A stretch of 64,000 nucleotides of DNA from contig CAVPIW010000005.1 of assembly GCA_963705105.1 (NCBI GenBank), positions 1-64,000 on the forward strand, written 5' to 3'. The translations under genes were made by a program, and so were the position numbers. Below are positions 49,532 to 59,527 of this stretch, piece by piece. Under the pieces are notes generated by a model that worked only from the letters and a program-made list of their open reading frames with translations, ran no database searches and was not told the origin of the DNA. The DNA comes from an uncultured Nitrospiraceae bacterium. GTDB lineage: Bacteria; Nitrospirota; Thermodesulfovibrionia; Thermodesulfovibrionales; Dissulfurispiraceae. The first letter of the stretch is position 1. Every line of letters begins with the position of its first letter.

Positions 49532-50902
49532 ATGCCGCGCGGTTTCTTTCTGGTTGTTGATGATGAAGAGGGTATACGGGAGAGCATCTCGGGGATCCTC
49601 GAGGACGAGGGATATGCCGTTGTCACGGCGTCGTCGGGAGAGGAGGCCCTCAGCCTCGCCAGGGAGAGTGTACCGGACGTCGTCTTTCTCGATGTGTGGC
49701 TGCCCGAGATCGACGGCATCGAGACCCTTTCGAGACTCCGGGAGATCGACGAGAATATGCCGGTGATCATGATTTCGGGGCACGCCAATATCGAACTGGC
49801 GCTCAAGGCGACCAAGCTCGGCGCCTACGACTTTCTCGAGAAACCGCTTTCCCTCGACAAGGTGGTTATCGTCGGCAAGAGGGCCTTCGAACACCGGAAG
49901 CTTGGGGAGGAGAACAGGACCCTGAAGGCCGATCTCGGAAAAAAATGGAGCCTCATCGGCGAATCGCCGCGGATGAAGACGTTGAGGCAGCAGATCGAAA
50001 TGGCGGCCCAGAGCAACAGCAGGGTCCTTATCCTCGGCGAAAGCGGCACGGGAAAGGAACTCGTCGCGCGGTTGCTCCACCGGAAGAGCCAGCGGTCGTC
50101 GGGCGCCTTCGTCGAAGTCAACTGCGCGGCAATCCCCCAGGAGCTCATCGAGAGTGAACTCTTCGGTCACGAAAAAGGGTCCTTCACCGGTGCGACGGAA
50201 AGGAAGATGGGCAAGTTCGAACTCGCCCATGAGGGCACCCTCTTTCTCGACGAAATCGGCGACATGACCCTCCAGACCCAGGCGAAGGTCCTGCGCGTTA
50301 TTGAGACCCAGGTCTTTCAGCGCGTCGGGGGCGGCAGAAACATACAGGTCGACGTGCGGATCGTCGCCGCGACGAACAAGGACCTGCCCGACGAGGTGAA
50401 CAAGGGCAATTTCAGGGAAGACCTATATTTCAGGCTGAACGTTATTCCCCTCGTTGTCCCGCCTCTCAGGGACAGGCGCGAGGACGTGCCCGAACTGCTG
50501 AAGCACTTCGCCGAATATTTCGCCCACGAGCTCGGTATGAAACCGAAGGAGTTCGACGCCGAGGCGATGAGGATACTCTGTGGCTACGACTGGCCCGGCA
50601 ATATCCGTGAGCTGAAAAACGTCGTTGAACGGCTCATGATCATGGGTCCTTCGAAGACCATCGCAAAGGGGGACATCGAGGAGCAGAGGATGCTCCAGTC
50701 CCGCCATATCGTCAGGGAATACGACTATTTCACCTACAAAACGCTGAAGGACGCCCGGGAGGCCTTTGAGAAGGACTTCATCATCAGGAAGCTTCAGGAT
50801 AACGACTGGAACATCTCCAAGACCTCTGACACCATCGCCATCGAGAGGAGCAACCTTCACAAGAAGATCAAGGCATACGGGATAACGGAGGCGAGGCCCT
50901 GA
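49532..50902 (+). CDS. ntrX: NtrX-like sigma54 response regulator
   Basis: Receiver (LDVWLP, MISGH), GESGTGKE, GSFTGA, HTH. Confidence 0.88.
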   Translation: MPRGFFLVVDDEEGIRESISGILEDEGYAVVTASSGEEALSLARESVPDVVFLDVWLPEIDGIETLSRLREIDENMPVIMISGHANIELALKATKLGAYDFLEKPLSLDKVVIVGKRAFEHRKLGEENRTLKADLGKKWSLIGESPRMKTLRQQIEMAAQSNSRVLILGESGTGKELVARLLHRKSQRSSGAFVEVNCAAIPQELIESELFGHEKGSFTGATERKMGKFELAHEGTLFLDEIGDMTLQTQAKVLRVIETQVFQRVGGGRNIQVDVRIVAATNKDLPDEVNKGNFREDLYFRLNVIPLVVPPLRDRREDVPELLKHFAEYFAHELGMKPKEFDAEAMRILCGYDWPGNIRELKNVVERLMIMGPSKTIAKGDIEEQRMLQSRHIVREYDYFTYKTLKDAREAFEKDFIIRKLQDNDWNISKTSDTIAIERSNLHKKIKAYGITEARP

Positions 50903-50907
50903 ACGGC

Positions 50908-52263
50908 ATGCGCGTACTCGCCATCGTGGGACGGCCGAACGTCGGCAAATCGACCCTCTTCAACAGGATGACCGCCACGCTCCGGCAGGACCGGCTTGCC
51001 ACGGCGATCACCGATGAAACTCCGGGTGTCACGAGGGACAGGAAATACGGGACTGCAGCCTGGGAGGACAAACGGTTTTTCGTCATCGATACGGGCGGCA
51101 TTTTCGGGGAAGTGCCGCCGGCACGACATGCCGTGGACTTCTCCGAGATCACCGAACAGGTCAAGAGGCAGACCCTCGTCGCCCTTGAAGAAGCCGATCT
51201 TGTCGTTCTTCTCCTCGACGGCAGAGACGGCCTGACAACCCCTGACAGAGAAATCGCCCAGCTGCTCAGGGAGACAGGAAAGCCCGTCATCTGCGCCGCC
51301 AACAAGATCGACACGCCTGCAAAGGAGTCCCTCACCTTCGATTTTTATTCCCTCGGTCTCGGAGACGTCATCCCCGTCTCCGCCATTTCGGGCCTCGGAT
51401 TCGACGATCTCATGGACCGCGTTGCGGAACTGCTGCCGGGCGGAAACGGTCAGGACGAAACACCGGAGCCCTCTGAGAGGATCCCGAAAATCTCCGTCGT
51501 CGGCAGGCCCAATGCGGGAAAGTCCACCCTCATCAACGCCCTCCTGAGCAAACAGCGGCTCATCGTCAGCGCGACCCCCGGCACGACAAGGGATGCGATC
51601 GACTCGCTCTGCCGTTATTACGGGCGACAATATCTCTTTATCGACACCGCCGGTATCAGGAGAAGGTCGCGGGAATCGCCCGTCGAGAGCCTTTCCGTGC
51701 TCCGTGCACTGAAAAGCATCGAGCGGTCAGATGTGGTGATTGTCCTCATCGATGCCCGGCAGGGGATCGTCGACCAGGACAAACGGATAGCGGGCATCGT
51801 GGAAGAACTGGGGAAGGGGGCCCTTTTCCTCCTCAACAAATGGGACCTCGTGGAAAAACCGGACATCGAGTACAAGCGGCTGATGGACGAGATGAAGCGC
51901 CAGTTCTGGTTCATGGAATATGTCCCCATCGTCACGGTGTCGGCCCTGACGCGCAGGAGGATCACCGGAATTTTTCCCCTCATCGACGGGATTATCCAGG
52001 AGAGGAGCAGGAGAATCCCTGACGATGAACTCAGGTCGTTCTTTCTCGACGCCCTTGCGGCCATACGCTTTCCGCCGGGAAAAGGCCCGGGGTTGAAAAT
52101 CCTGTCGATCAGGCAGACGGCGGTAGAGCCTCCCGCATTTGTCCTCTTTGTGAACAAACCGCATCTCATAACGCCTCAGCAGCTCCGCTTCACCGAGAAG
52201 ATCCTGCGAAGCCGCTTTCCCTTCACGGGGACGCCGGTACGTATTTCTGTTAAGTCTCGGTGA
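50908..52263 (+). CDS. der: Ribosome biogenesis GTPase Der
   Basis: Two G domains (GRPNVGKS, GRPNAGKS). Confidence 0.96.
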   Translation: MRVLAIVGRPNVGKSTLFNRMTATLRQDRLATAITDETPGVTRDRKYGTAAWEDKRFFVIDTGGIFGEVPPARHAVDFSEITEQVKRQTLVALEEADLVVLLLDGRDGLTTPDREIAQLLRETGKPVICAANKIDTPAKESLTFDFYSLGLGDVIPVSAISGLGFDDLMDRVAELLPGGNGQDETPEPSERIPKISVVGRPNAGKSTLINALLSKQRLIVSATPGTTRDAIDSLCRYYGRQYLFIDTAGIRRRSRESPVESLSVLRALKSIERSDVVIVLIDARQGIVDQDKRIAGIVEELGKGALFLLNKWDLVEKPDIEYKRLMDEMKRQFWFMEYVPIVTVSALTRRRITGIFPLIDGIIQERSRRIPDDELRSFFLDALAAIRFPPGKGPGLKILSIRQTAVEPPAFVLFVNKPHLITPQQLRFTEKILRSRFPFTGTPVRISVKSR

Positions 52264-52327
52264 AATATGGTAAAATAAATACTTGTTTTACCTGACATCA
52301 GCGGAAGGGAAAAGGAGAGCAGACGCT

Positions 52328-53308
52328 TTGGGATCCATCGTCGTGACAGGCTGTTGCGGATTCATCGGGTACAAGGTCACCGACCTCCTCCTGGAAAGAG
52401 GCTACGGCGTCGTCGGCATCGACATCATGAACGATTACTATGACCCGAGGCTCAAGGAGCTGCGGCTGAGCCTGCTGAGAGGGAGGGACCGCACAGGCGC
52501 TTTCCACTTTCACCGGATCGACATCTCCGACCGGTCGGAAGTGAGAACGGTCTTTTCCAATCACGCCGTTGCCGGCGTCATCAATCTCGCCGCCCGGGCG
52601 GGAGTGCGCGCCTCCGTGGAAGACCCCTGGGCCTATCTCGACACCAATGTCAAGGGCACGCTGAATCTGCTCGAATGCTGCAGGGAGCACGGCGTCGGGA
52701 AGTTTGTCCTCGCCTCGACATCGAGCGTCTACGGTGACAACACCGACATCCCTTTCAGCGTCGACGACAGGACCGACCATCCCCTTGCCCCCTATTCGGC
52801 TACGAAAAAGGGCGCCGAGGTCCTCTGTTACAGTTATCATTACCTGTACGCGACGAATATCACGATTCCGCGTTATTTCACAGTCTACGGGCCCATGGGC
52901 CGCCCTGACATGAGCATTTTCCGCTTCATCAAGAACATCGACATGGGAAAAGCCATCCCCGTCTTCGGTGACGGCAGGCAGAAAAGGGACTTCACATACA
53001 TCGACGACATCGCCGAGGGCACGATCAGGTGCCTCAAGCCTGACGGGTACAATATATTCAATCTCGGCAATGACGGGCCCGTCGAATTGATGTATGTCAT
53101 CAACCTGATTGAAGAACACCTTGGACGGAAAGCGACCATAGAGTGGCTGCCTCTCCATCCCGCGGACATCACCGCAACCTGGGCGGACATAAATTCCTCA
53201 CGGCAGACCCTTGAGTGGTCCCCGACGGTGACAATCGAGGAAGGGGTCCTGAGAACGGTCGAATGGTACAGAAAAAATAGAGAGTTTGTTCAGAATTTAA
53301 CGGATTAA
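52328..53308 (+). CDS. NAD-dependent epimerase (UDP-glucuronate epimerase-like)
   Basis: VTGCCGFIG, YSATK, VYGPMGRPDM. Confidence 0.92.
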   Translation: MGSIVVTGCCGFIGYKVTDLLLERGYGVVGIDIMNDYYDPRLKELRLSLLRGRDRTGAFHFHRIDISDRSEVRTVFSNHAVAGVINLAARAGVRASVEDPWAYLDTNVKGTLNLLECCREHGVGKFVLASTSSVYGDNTDIPFSVDDRTDHPLAPYSATKKGAEVLCYSYHYLYATNITIPRYFTVYGPMGRPDMSIFRFIKNIDMGKAIPVFGDGRQKRDFTYIDDIAEGTIRCLKPDGYNIFNLGNDGPVELMYVINLIEEHLGRKATIEWLPLHPADITATWADINSSRQTLEWSPTVTIEEGVLRTVEWYRKNREFVQNLTD

Positions 53309-53326
53309 CAAGCGAGGAGGAATAGC

Positions 53327-53746
53327 ATGCAAAAGATACTGGTAGCTCACGACGGTTCGAAATCGTCCGACAAGGCCCTCAAGAAGGCTGTAGAATTGTC
53401 ATTGAGCCTTAACGCCTCCCTGACCGTCCTGTCGGTCGTTCCCGAGCTTTACCTCACTGAGCTCTCAGACTCGGACAGGAGCAGGATATTTGAGGCCCTC
53501 TCGAAGGAGACGACCGATGCGATGGAAAGGATCCGCAAGTCCCTGTCGGGCAAATCGATCGAAGTCAAAACGCTCGTGAGACAGGGTGACCCTGCCGAGA
53601 AGATACTCGAGACGGCGCAGAAGATGAAGGTCGACATGGTCGTCACGGGGTCGCACGGCCGGCATGGCACGAAGAAATTCCTTCTCGGAAGCGTCTCGTC
53701 CAAGATCATCGATTACTCGAAATGCCCGGTTCTCGTTGTGAAATAG
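53327..53746 (+). CDS. Universal stress protein
   Basis: KILVAHDGS, GSHG...LLGSVS. Confidence 0.95.
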   Translation: MQKILVAHDGSKSSDKALKKAVELSLSLNASLTVLSVVPELYLTELSDSDRSRIFEALSKETTDAMERIRKSLSGKSIEVKTLVRQGDPAEKILETAQKMKVDMVVTGSHGRHGTKKFLLGSVSSKIIDYSKCPVLVVK

Positions 53747-53938
53747 AGTCTGTCCATAAAGTAAGCTTCAGCTGTCATTCCCGCAACCCCGCACTTGATG
53801 CGGGGGCGTCGGGAATCCTTCTGAAACAACGATTCCGGACAAGACATAATGTATTAACCCTGTCCACAAACTTAAGTGACGTGGGTTAAGCTTAAGTGAG
53901 GGCTGAAGCTCAGAGCCACAATTAAGGAGGGACAGGGT

Positions 53939-55075
53939 ATGAAGAATTATAGCAAGTATGTCGGGCTTGATGTCCATAAGGAACGGATCCAGGTAGCGAT
54001 TGCGACGGCAGGCAGAGGCGAGCCGATGTTCTACGGTGAGATCGACAACAGGCCTGAGGCGATCAGGAGATTGGTCAAGAAGATCGCGAATGGTGGGGAC
54101 GTGTTGTATTGTTATGAGGCGGGTCCGTGCGGCTATGGGACGTATCGTCAACTGAGGGAGCTTGGCTATGCCTGCGAGGTGGTTGCGCCCTCGCTTATAC
54201 CGAGGAAGGCGGGCGATCGAGTTAAGACGGACCGCCGGGACGCGGTGAGCTTGGCAGGATTGCTGAGGGCGGGGCAACTGACGGCAGCATGGGTGCCTGA
54301 TGCTGAGCAGGAGGCGATCCGCGACTTGACGCGGATTCGTTTGGACATGAAGGCAGTGGAACGGCACTTTCGGCAGCGGCTGGGGGCGTTTCTGCTCAGA
54401 CATGGAAAGCTCTATCCGGGCAAGAGCCCGTGGACGCAGGCTCATTTTCGGTGGCTGGAGGGCCTGAAGTTTGACAGCGCTGTGCAGCAGATTGTTTTTC
54501 AGGAATATGTCGACGCTGTGGTGCAGGCAGGGCAGCGAGTCAAGGCGATTGAAGAGGAAATGCGACGGGCTCTGGAGACGTGGTCGCTGGCGCCGGTGGT
54601 CACAGCGCTGATGGCATTGCGGGGGCTGAAGATCGTGGGAGCGATGACGGTGGTGGCGGAACTCGGCGATGTGACCCGTTTCAGCAATGCGTCTCAGCTG
54701 ATGGCGTATCTCGGTCTGGTGCCCAGCGAGCATTCCAGCGGGGCGAAGCGGAGTCGAGGCGGGATCACCAAGGCAGGCAACGGGCATGCGCGGCGAATCC
54801 TGATCGAGGCTGCGTGGTGCTACCGGTTTCCCGCACGCAAGACGGCGGTGCTGCAGCGGCGGGCGGAGAAGACCTCTCCGGGGGTGCAGTCGATTGCGTG
54901 GAAGGCTCAGAAGCGGTTGTGCATGCGCTATCAACATCTCCTGCTGCGGGGAAAGCGGCCAGTGGAAGCCTGCACGGCGGTTGCCCGTGAGCTCGCTGGC
55001 TTCATCTGGGCGATTGTCTGTGAGGTCATGTCTGGCGCACCCGGACGCAGTGTGCTCGTCGCCGCAGCGAGCTGA
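53939..55075 (+). CDS. IS110 family transposase
   Basis: VGLDVHK, YEAGPCG, VKTDRRDA, YLGLVPSEHSSG. Confidence 0.97.
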   Translation: MKNYSKYVGLDVHKERIQVAIATAGRGEPMFYGEIDNRPEAIRRLVKKIANGGDVLYCYEAGPCGYGTYRQLRELGYACEVVAPSLIPRKAGDRVKTDRRDAVSLAGLLRAGQLTAAWVPDAEQEAIRDLTRIRLDMKAVERHFRQRLGAFLLRHGKLYPGKSPWTQAHFRWLEGLKFDSAVQQIVFQEYVDAVVQAGQRVKAIEEEMRRALETWSLAPVVTALMALRGLKIVGAMTVVAELGDVTRFSNASQLMAYLGLVPSEHSSGAKRSRGGITKAGNGHARRILIEAAWCYRFPARKTAVLQRRAEKTSPGVQSIAWKAQKRLCMRYQHLLLRGKRPVEACTAVARELAGFIWAIVCEVMSGAPGRSVLVAAAS

Positions 55076-55139
55076 TGGCGGTGGTTCGCCAAGGAATGGC
55101 ATGATAAAACCAGCTATAACCATGGTCATGAGATGGAAC

Positions 55140-55302
55140 GGGCATGAGGTGTTGTCTTGGAGAATCCTCGCTTCCGGCATGAGGCTCCTAAAAGGATGAT
55201 CCTCGATACAAGACAGAGGCAACTCCGCGACGAAGACAAGTCATGCGGTAACCAACCCGCGCATATCAGCATGATCAACCGTCGCTGTGCACCTCATGCC
55301 CA
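55140..55302 (+). ncRNA. Predicted seek/bridge RNA of IS1111 copy 1
   Basis: GGGCATGAGGTG...CACCTCATGCCC closing stem around two guide-bearing loops. Confidence 0.72.
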
Positions 55303-55505
55303 CACAATGCCATTAAACACACGAGCCTCACCGAGGACTCTTGACAGGGTTAATACATATCAGCCGGAATGACAAATATACTGCACGTCATGAGTTTGTG
55401 GACAGACACTAAATAAGGAACCAGCGGCGTAACGACGGGGCACACAACAAGGCGCAGCATATCAGGAAGGGAAGCGGCTCAGTCATTACGAGCCGGCGAG
55501 ATACT

Positions 55506-56105
55506 TTAGAACAATTCCCTGAGGGTCTCTCGGGAAAGCTTTTCGATTTCCCGGTGAAGGCTGTTTCCGTGGGTGTCCATGGTGACGATGACCGGGAAAT
55601 CCTCGATCTCAAGCATCCACATCGCCTCGGGCTCGCCGAATTCCTCGGCCTTCCAGACATCAACGACCGCCTTTATCCTGTCCGCCAGGTAAGCGGCGGC
55701 GCCGCTGATCGTGTGGAGGTAGACGGAGCCGCACTCCATCAGGGCTTCAAGCGTTTTCTCTCCCATTCCGCCCTTCCCGATAATACCGGTTATGCCGTAT
55801 GTCCTGATGACGTCCGCCTCGTACAGTTCGACCCTCATGCTCGTCGTCGGCCCGGCGGCGATCAGCTTGTAGGAATCGTCGGTCTTCCGGATTATGGGGC
55901 CGCAGTGGTAAATGGTCCCTCCTGCAAGGTCGAAGGGAATTTCGTCCTTCCGGGGCCTTTCATGGGCGAGGAACTTGTGCACCCTGTCCCTGCCCGTGAC
56001 GATCATACCGCTCAGGAGGAGCATGTCACCCACCCGCAGCTCCCGGGCGAGCCCCTTCAACTCGTCGGTCCTGATTCTTCTCGTTCCCGCCGTGGTCATC
56101 GTCAC
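55506..56105 (-). CDS. Fe-S fumarate/tartrate hydratase beta subunit
   Basis: GRD..H, HCGP, AGPTTS.R, GKGG. Confidence 0.93.
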   Translation of the reverse strand: MTMTTAGTRRIRTDELKGLARELRVGDMLLLSGMIVTGRDRVHKFLAHERPRKDEIPFDLAGGTIYHCGPIIRKTDDSYKLIAAGPTTSMRVELYEADVIRTYGITGIIGKGGMGEKTLEALMECGSVYLHTISGAAAYLADRIKAVVDVWKAEEFGEPEAMWMLEIEDFPVIVTMDTHGNSLHREIEKLSRETLRELF

Positions 56106-56144
56106 AGACCTCCCATCGATGCCTTGCCCGTCATTACCGTTACC

Positions 56145-56353
56145 TTAACCTGGGACCTCCGGAAAGGCGGGGCGAAGATGCCGAAAAGCCTCGGTGCTGC
56201 GAAACCTGTGCCTTCCCGTACAGATCATGTCAGGCAGATGGTGGATCACAGGAACGATGAATTCCCGGTACACCAATAATAAACGATCATTCTCGCTGTC
56301 AGCGAGGCTTTGAGGCGCTTCGTCCCGCCTTTTCATTGCAAATGGAAGGATTA
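56145..56353 (+). repeat. Intergenic hairpin repeat subtype B
   Basis: B arms; lies between the alpha and beta subunit genes. Confidence 0.9.
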
Positions 56354-57214
56354 CCACATGAGCCTCCCTCGCCGGTGGGCCCAGCAGGAAAATGTGACGT
56401 CAACGAAGTAGGATGCGGGGTGACGGTGGGCAAAGTCGACCTTTACGCCGATCGAAGTCGTCACGCCGCCGAACCCTGCAACACCGATACCGAGCGCGTT
56501 GACCTCCCTGAGCACCTGCTGCTCGAAGGCGGCGATCCGGGGGTCGGGATGGGCGTCGTGAAGTCTCCGCAGGAGCTGCCTCTTGGAAAGGCTTGTCACC
56601 TGATCCTTGGCGCCGCCGACGGTCACCGCGATGGTGTATGGGGGGCACCCTTTCCCCTGGGCCTTCAGCACCGCGTCGAGCACGCACATGCGGACACCGT
56701 TCAGATCCCTCTCGGCGACGTGACCGGCCTCTCCGAAGCTGTCGACGGACGCAGGGAGTTTGTAGATCTGGCCGAGGTTCTCGGACCCTCCCCCCTTCAG
56801 CATCAGGTCCACGGTGAGGGTACTGTCGACCGTCTCCTCCACATGGATGATCGGGAAATGATTGCCCACATTGTCGCCGCTGTTCGTGTCGGAGACGATA
56901 TCGACGGCGTTCGCCCGAAGCGGTATTTTTCGCGTTGCCAGTCGGGTGGCGTCGATGATGATGTCACGGATATGCTGATGCCCCAGTCCCGGGGGCACTT
57001 TCACGTAAAATACCGGGAATCCGGTGTCCTGGCAGATGGGCCGCGAGGTCGTTCTTGCAAGGGATACGTTCTGGAGCATAATGCTCAAAGACTTCTGCGC
57101 GAGCTCATTCGTCTCGTTCTCGTAGGCCTGCTTCAGGGCCTTTTCAACGTCGTTCGGGATCGACGTGGCAACCTTCCTGTACAACTCGACGATTCCTTCC
57201 CGCAGCTTCAGCAA
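56351..57214 (-). CDS. Fe-S fumarate/tartrate hydratase alpha subunit
   Basis: PICQDTG, KGGGSEN, GCPP, RHPAS, CWAHR. Confidence 0.94.
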   Translation of the reverse strand: MLKLREGIVELYRKVATSIPNDVEKALKQAYENETNELAQKSLSIMLQNVSLARTTSRPICQDTGFPVFYVKVPPGLGHQHIRDIIIDATRLATRKIPLRANAVDIVSDTNSGDNVGNHFPIIHVEETVDSTLTVDLMLKGGGSENLGQIYKLPASVDSFGEAGHVAERDLNGVRMCVLDAVLKAQGKGCPPYTIAVTVGGAKDQVTSLSKRQLLRRLHDAHPDPRIAAFEQQVLREVNALGIGVAGFGGVTTSIGVKVDFAHRHPASYFVDVTFSCWAHRRGRLMW

Positions 57215-57321
57215 CGTCCCATCTCCATCCTTCCTGAGTGGTTTTCCCTTGCAGTTGCATCAAAAGGCAGGGCAGGCGCGACCGATAAGTCCGCGCTTGT
57301 TCATTATACCACAGAACCTGT

Positions 57322-57747
57322 TCACCTGGCCGGGCGCTGCTCGCCCCCCCTCGCAGGCATTCTGCGACCATGCCAGAGGGGCCGGTACTGCTTGTCGCGC
57401 ATCACCGTCACCCTGCCGCCCGGCATGTCCCGTATCTCCTTGGCCAGAAGATACACGTTGCCGTCATTGCCGAAATACTTGGACCCCCTCGCCTCGATTT
57501 CCATCCCCTTCCCGTAAAGGGCCGACTCCTGCATGAGGTACCAGGGCGGCGCCGTCACGATGAGGTAGGTCCTGCCTGCATGCTGCACCCTCAGGATCAG
57601 GGGGCCCCTCGTTTCCCTGCCGGCATCCATGATGACGCCACGTACCGTTATCTCGGTATTTTCGTCATACCCTTCGGTGAAGTCTCCTTCCGCCCAAAGG
57701 GGAGTCGCAAACAGCAGGAGTGAAAAGACTAGTCCGAAACACCCCAT
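57322..57747 (-). CDS. Hypothetical secreted protein (start uncertain)
   Basis: Signal-like LLLFATPLWA; YDENTEITVRG, APPWYL, PLW. Confidence 0.65.
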   Translation of the reverse strand: MGCFGLVFSLLLFATPLWAEGDFTEGYDENTEITVRGVIMDAGRETRGPLILRVQHAGRTYLIVTAPPWYLMQESALYGKGMEIEARGSKYFGNDGNVYLLAKEIRDMPGGRVTVMRDKQYRPLWHGRRMPARGGEQRPAR

Positions 57748-57836
57748 GACCAGAGGAACGTCGTCTCCCGGACGACAACATTCCTGCAAATTTTGCATAA
57801 TCTGCGCAAACTTTGCATATCCGCTACAATCGTTTC

Positions 57837-59177
57837 TCAAAGGTCGATCCCGTATTCCTTTATCTTGTATTGAAGCGCTCTCACCGATATGCCGAGGAGC
57901 TCCGCTGCACCCCTCCGGTTTCCCCTTGTCGTTCTGAGGGCCTTTTCTATGGCCGCCTTTTCCATGGTCTTCAGATCGATAAGCATGTTCGGTGCCACTT
58001 CCGGTTCCGGGGCCCGGATCTCCAGCGCAGGCAGAACGATCTCCCTTCCCCTGCTCACGATTATGGCGCGCTCCAGCACGTTCTCCAGTTCACGAATGTT
58101 CCCCGGCCAGTGATAATGCATCAGCCTGTCAAGAGAATCAGCGGAAAGCGTCACCCCTTCCTTTCCCAGCCTCGCCGACAGCTTCTGCAGGAGGAAATGC
58201 GCGACCGTGGCGATGTGATCCCTTCGTTCCCTTAACGGCGGTATATGGACAGGGAAGACATTGAGCCGGTAGTAAAGATCCTCCCTGAACGTGTGATCTT
58301 CGACCATCGATCTCAAATCCCTGTTCGTCGCGGCGATGACCCGCGCATTCGTTCTGATCGGCGTGAGCGACCCGAGACGCTCGAAAGTCCTCTCCTGGAG
58401 TACCCTGAGGAATTTCGCCTGCACGGACAGGCTCATCTCCGTCACCTCATCAAGAAAGACAGTGCCGTCCTGGGCGATCTCGAAACGGCCCTGTTTGCGC
58501 GAAAGGGCGCCCGTAAAGGCCCCGCGTTCATGACCGAAAAGCTCCGATTCGAGGAGGCTTTCAGGGATAGCCGCGCAGTTGATCTCTATGAAGGGACCTT
58601 TTCTGCCGCTCAGGTGGTGGATGACCCGCGCAACGAGGCTCTTGCCTGTGCCCGTCTCCCCGGAAAGGATGACCGTCGCATCCGTCGTCGCGACTTCCCT
58701 GATCTCTCCGAGCGTCTCCTCCATACCCACAAAGACAATGTCGAGGGGAGGCGTATCTCCGAGGGCGTCCGATTTCAGGAACCGGTTCTCCGCCGTCAGG
58801 CGCTGCCTTTCATAGATCCTCAGGACTGTGATCCGGAGCTGCTCAGGATCGCGGAGCGGCTTCGTGATATAGTCGGCGGCGCCCATCTTCATCGCCGATA
58901 CAGCCGTCTCGACGGTGGCAAAGGCCGTCATCATGATGACGTCGCATTCGGCATTCCTCTTCTTGACCTCCTCCATGAAGCGGATCCCGTCCATGCCCGG
59001 CATTTTGAGATCAGTGATGACGAGGTTCGGATTGAACTGTTCTAAGGTCCTGAGGGCCGCCACGGCATCGGTCATTCCCTCCACGTGGTACCCCTCATCC
59101 TCGAGGACGCTCCTGAGGAGAGTGACGAAGGCCCTCTCGTCATCGACGATGAGTATCCGGAAGCTCTCTCTGCTCAT
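57837..59177 (-). CDS. Sigma54-dependent response regulator
   Basis: Receiver, GETGTGKS, GAFTGA, HTH. Confidence 0.94.
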   Translation of the reverse strand: MSRESFRILIVDDERAFVTLLRSVLEDEGYHVEGMTDAVAALRTLEQFNPNLVITDLKMPGMDGIRFMEEVKKRNAECDVIMMTAFATVETAVSAMKMGAADYITKPLRDPEQLRITVLRIYERQRLTAENRFLKSDALGDTPPLDIVFVGMEETLGEIREVATTDATVILSGETGTGKSLVARVIHHLSGRKGPFIEINCAAIPESLLESELFGHERGAFTGALSRKQGRFEIAQDGTVFLDEVTEMSLSVQAKFLRVLQERTFERLGSLTPIRTNARVIAATNRDLRSMVEDHTFREDLYYRLNVFPVHIPPLRERRDHIATVAHFLLQKLSARLGKEGVTLSADSLDRLMHYHWPGNIRELENVLERAIIVSRGREIVLPALEIRAPEPEVAPNMLIDLKTMEKAAIEKALRTTRGNRRGAAELLGISVRALQYKIKEYGIDL

Positions 59178-59300
59178 GTCGTTATTATTGGCGCAGTCGT
59201 TTGTAAAGACTCAATCGATATGTGATTCTGTCATTCCGGCTGATATGTATTAACCCTGTCAAGAGTCCTCGGTGAGGCTCGTGTGTTTAATGGCATTGTG

Positions 59301-59463
59301 TGGGCATGAGGTGCACAGCGACGGTTGATCATGCTGATATGCGCGGGTTGGTTACCGCATGACTTGTCTTCGTCGCGGAGCTGCCTCTGTCTTGTATCGA
59401 GGATCATCCTTTTAGGAGCCTCATGCCGGAAGCGAGGATTCTCCAAGACAACACCTCATGCCC
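59301..59463 (-). ncRNA. Predicted seek/bridge RNA of IS1111 copy 2
   Basis: Reverse complement of 55140-55302. Confidence 0.7.
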
Positions 59464-59527
59464 GTTCCATCTCATGACCATGGTTATAGCTGGTTTTATC
59501 ATGCCATTCCTTGGCGAACCACCGCCA

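Larger units (their letters stand above)
53844..55363 (+). mobile_element. IS1111-group insertion sequence, copy 1 (1520 bp)
   Basis: 16-bp subterminal IR ATGTATTAACCCTGTC (53849-53864 / 55343-55358); AG core at both ends. Confidence 0.93.
53744..55411. repeat. MITE-like IR shell containing a REP doublet (53773-55373), itself interrupted by IS1111
   Basis: TAGAGTCTGTCCATAAAGT ... AGTTTGTGGACAGACACTA (16/19 inverted match). Confidence 0.7.
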
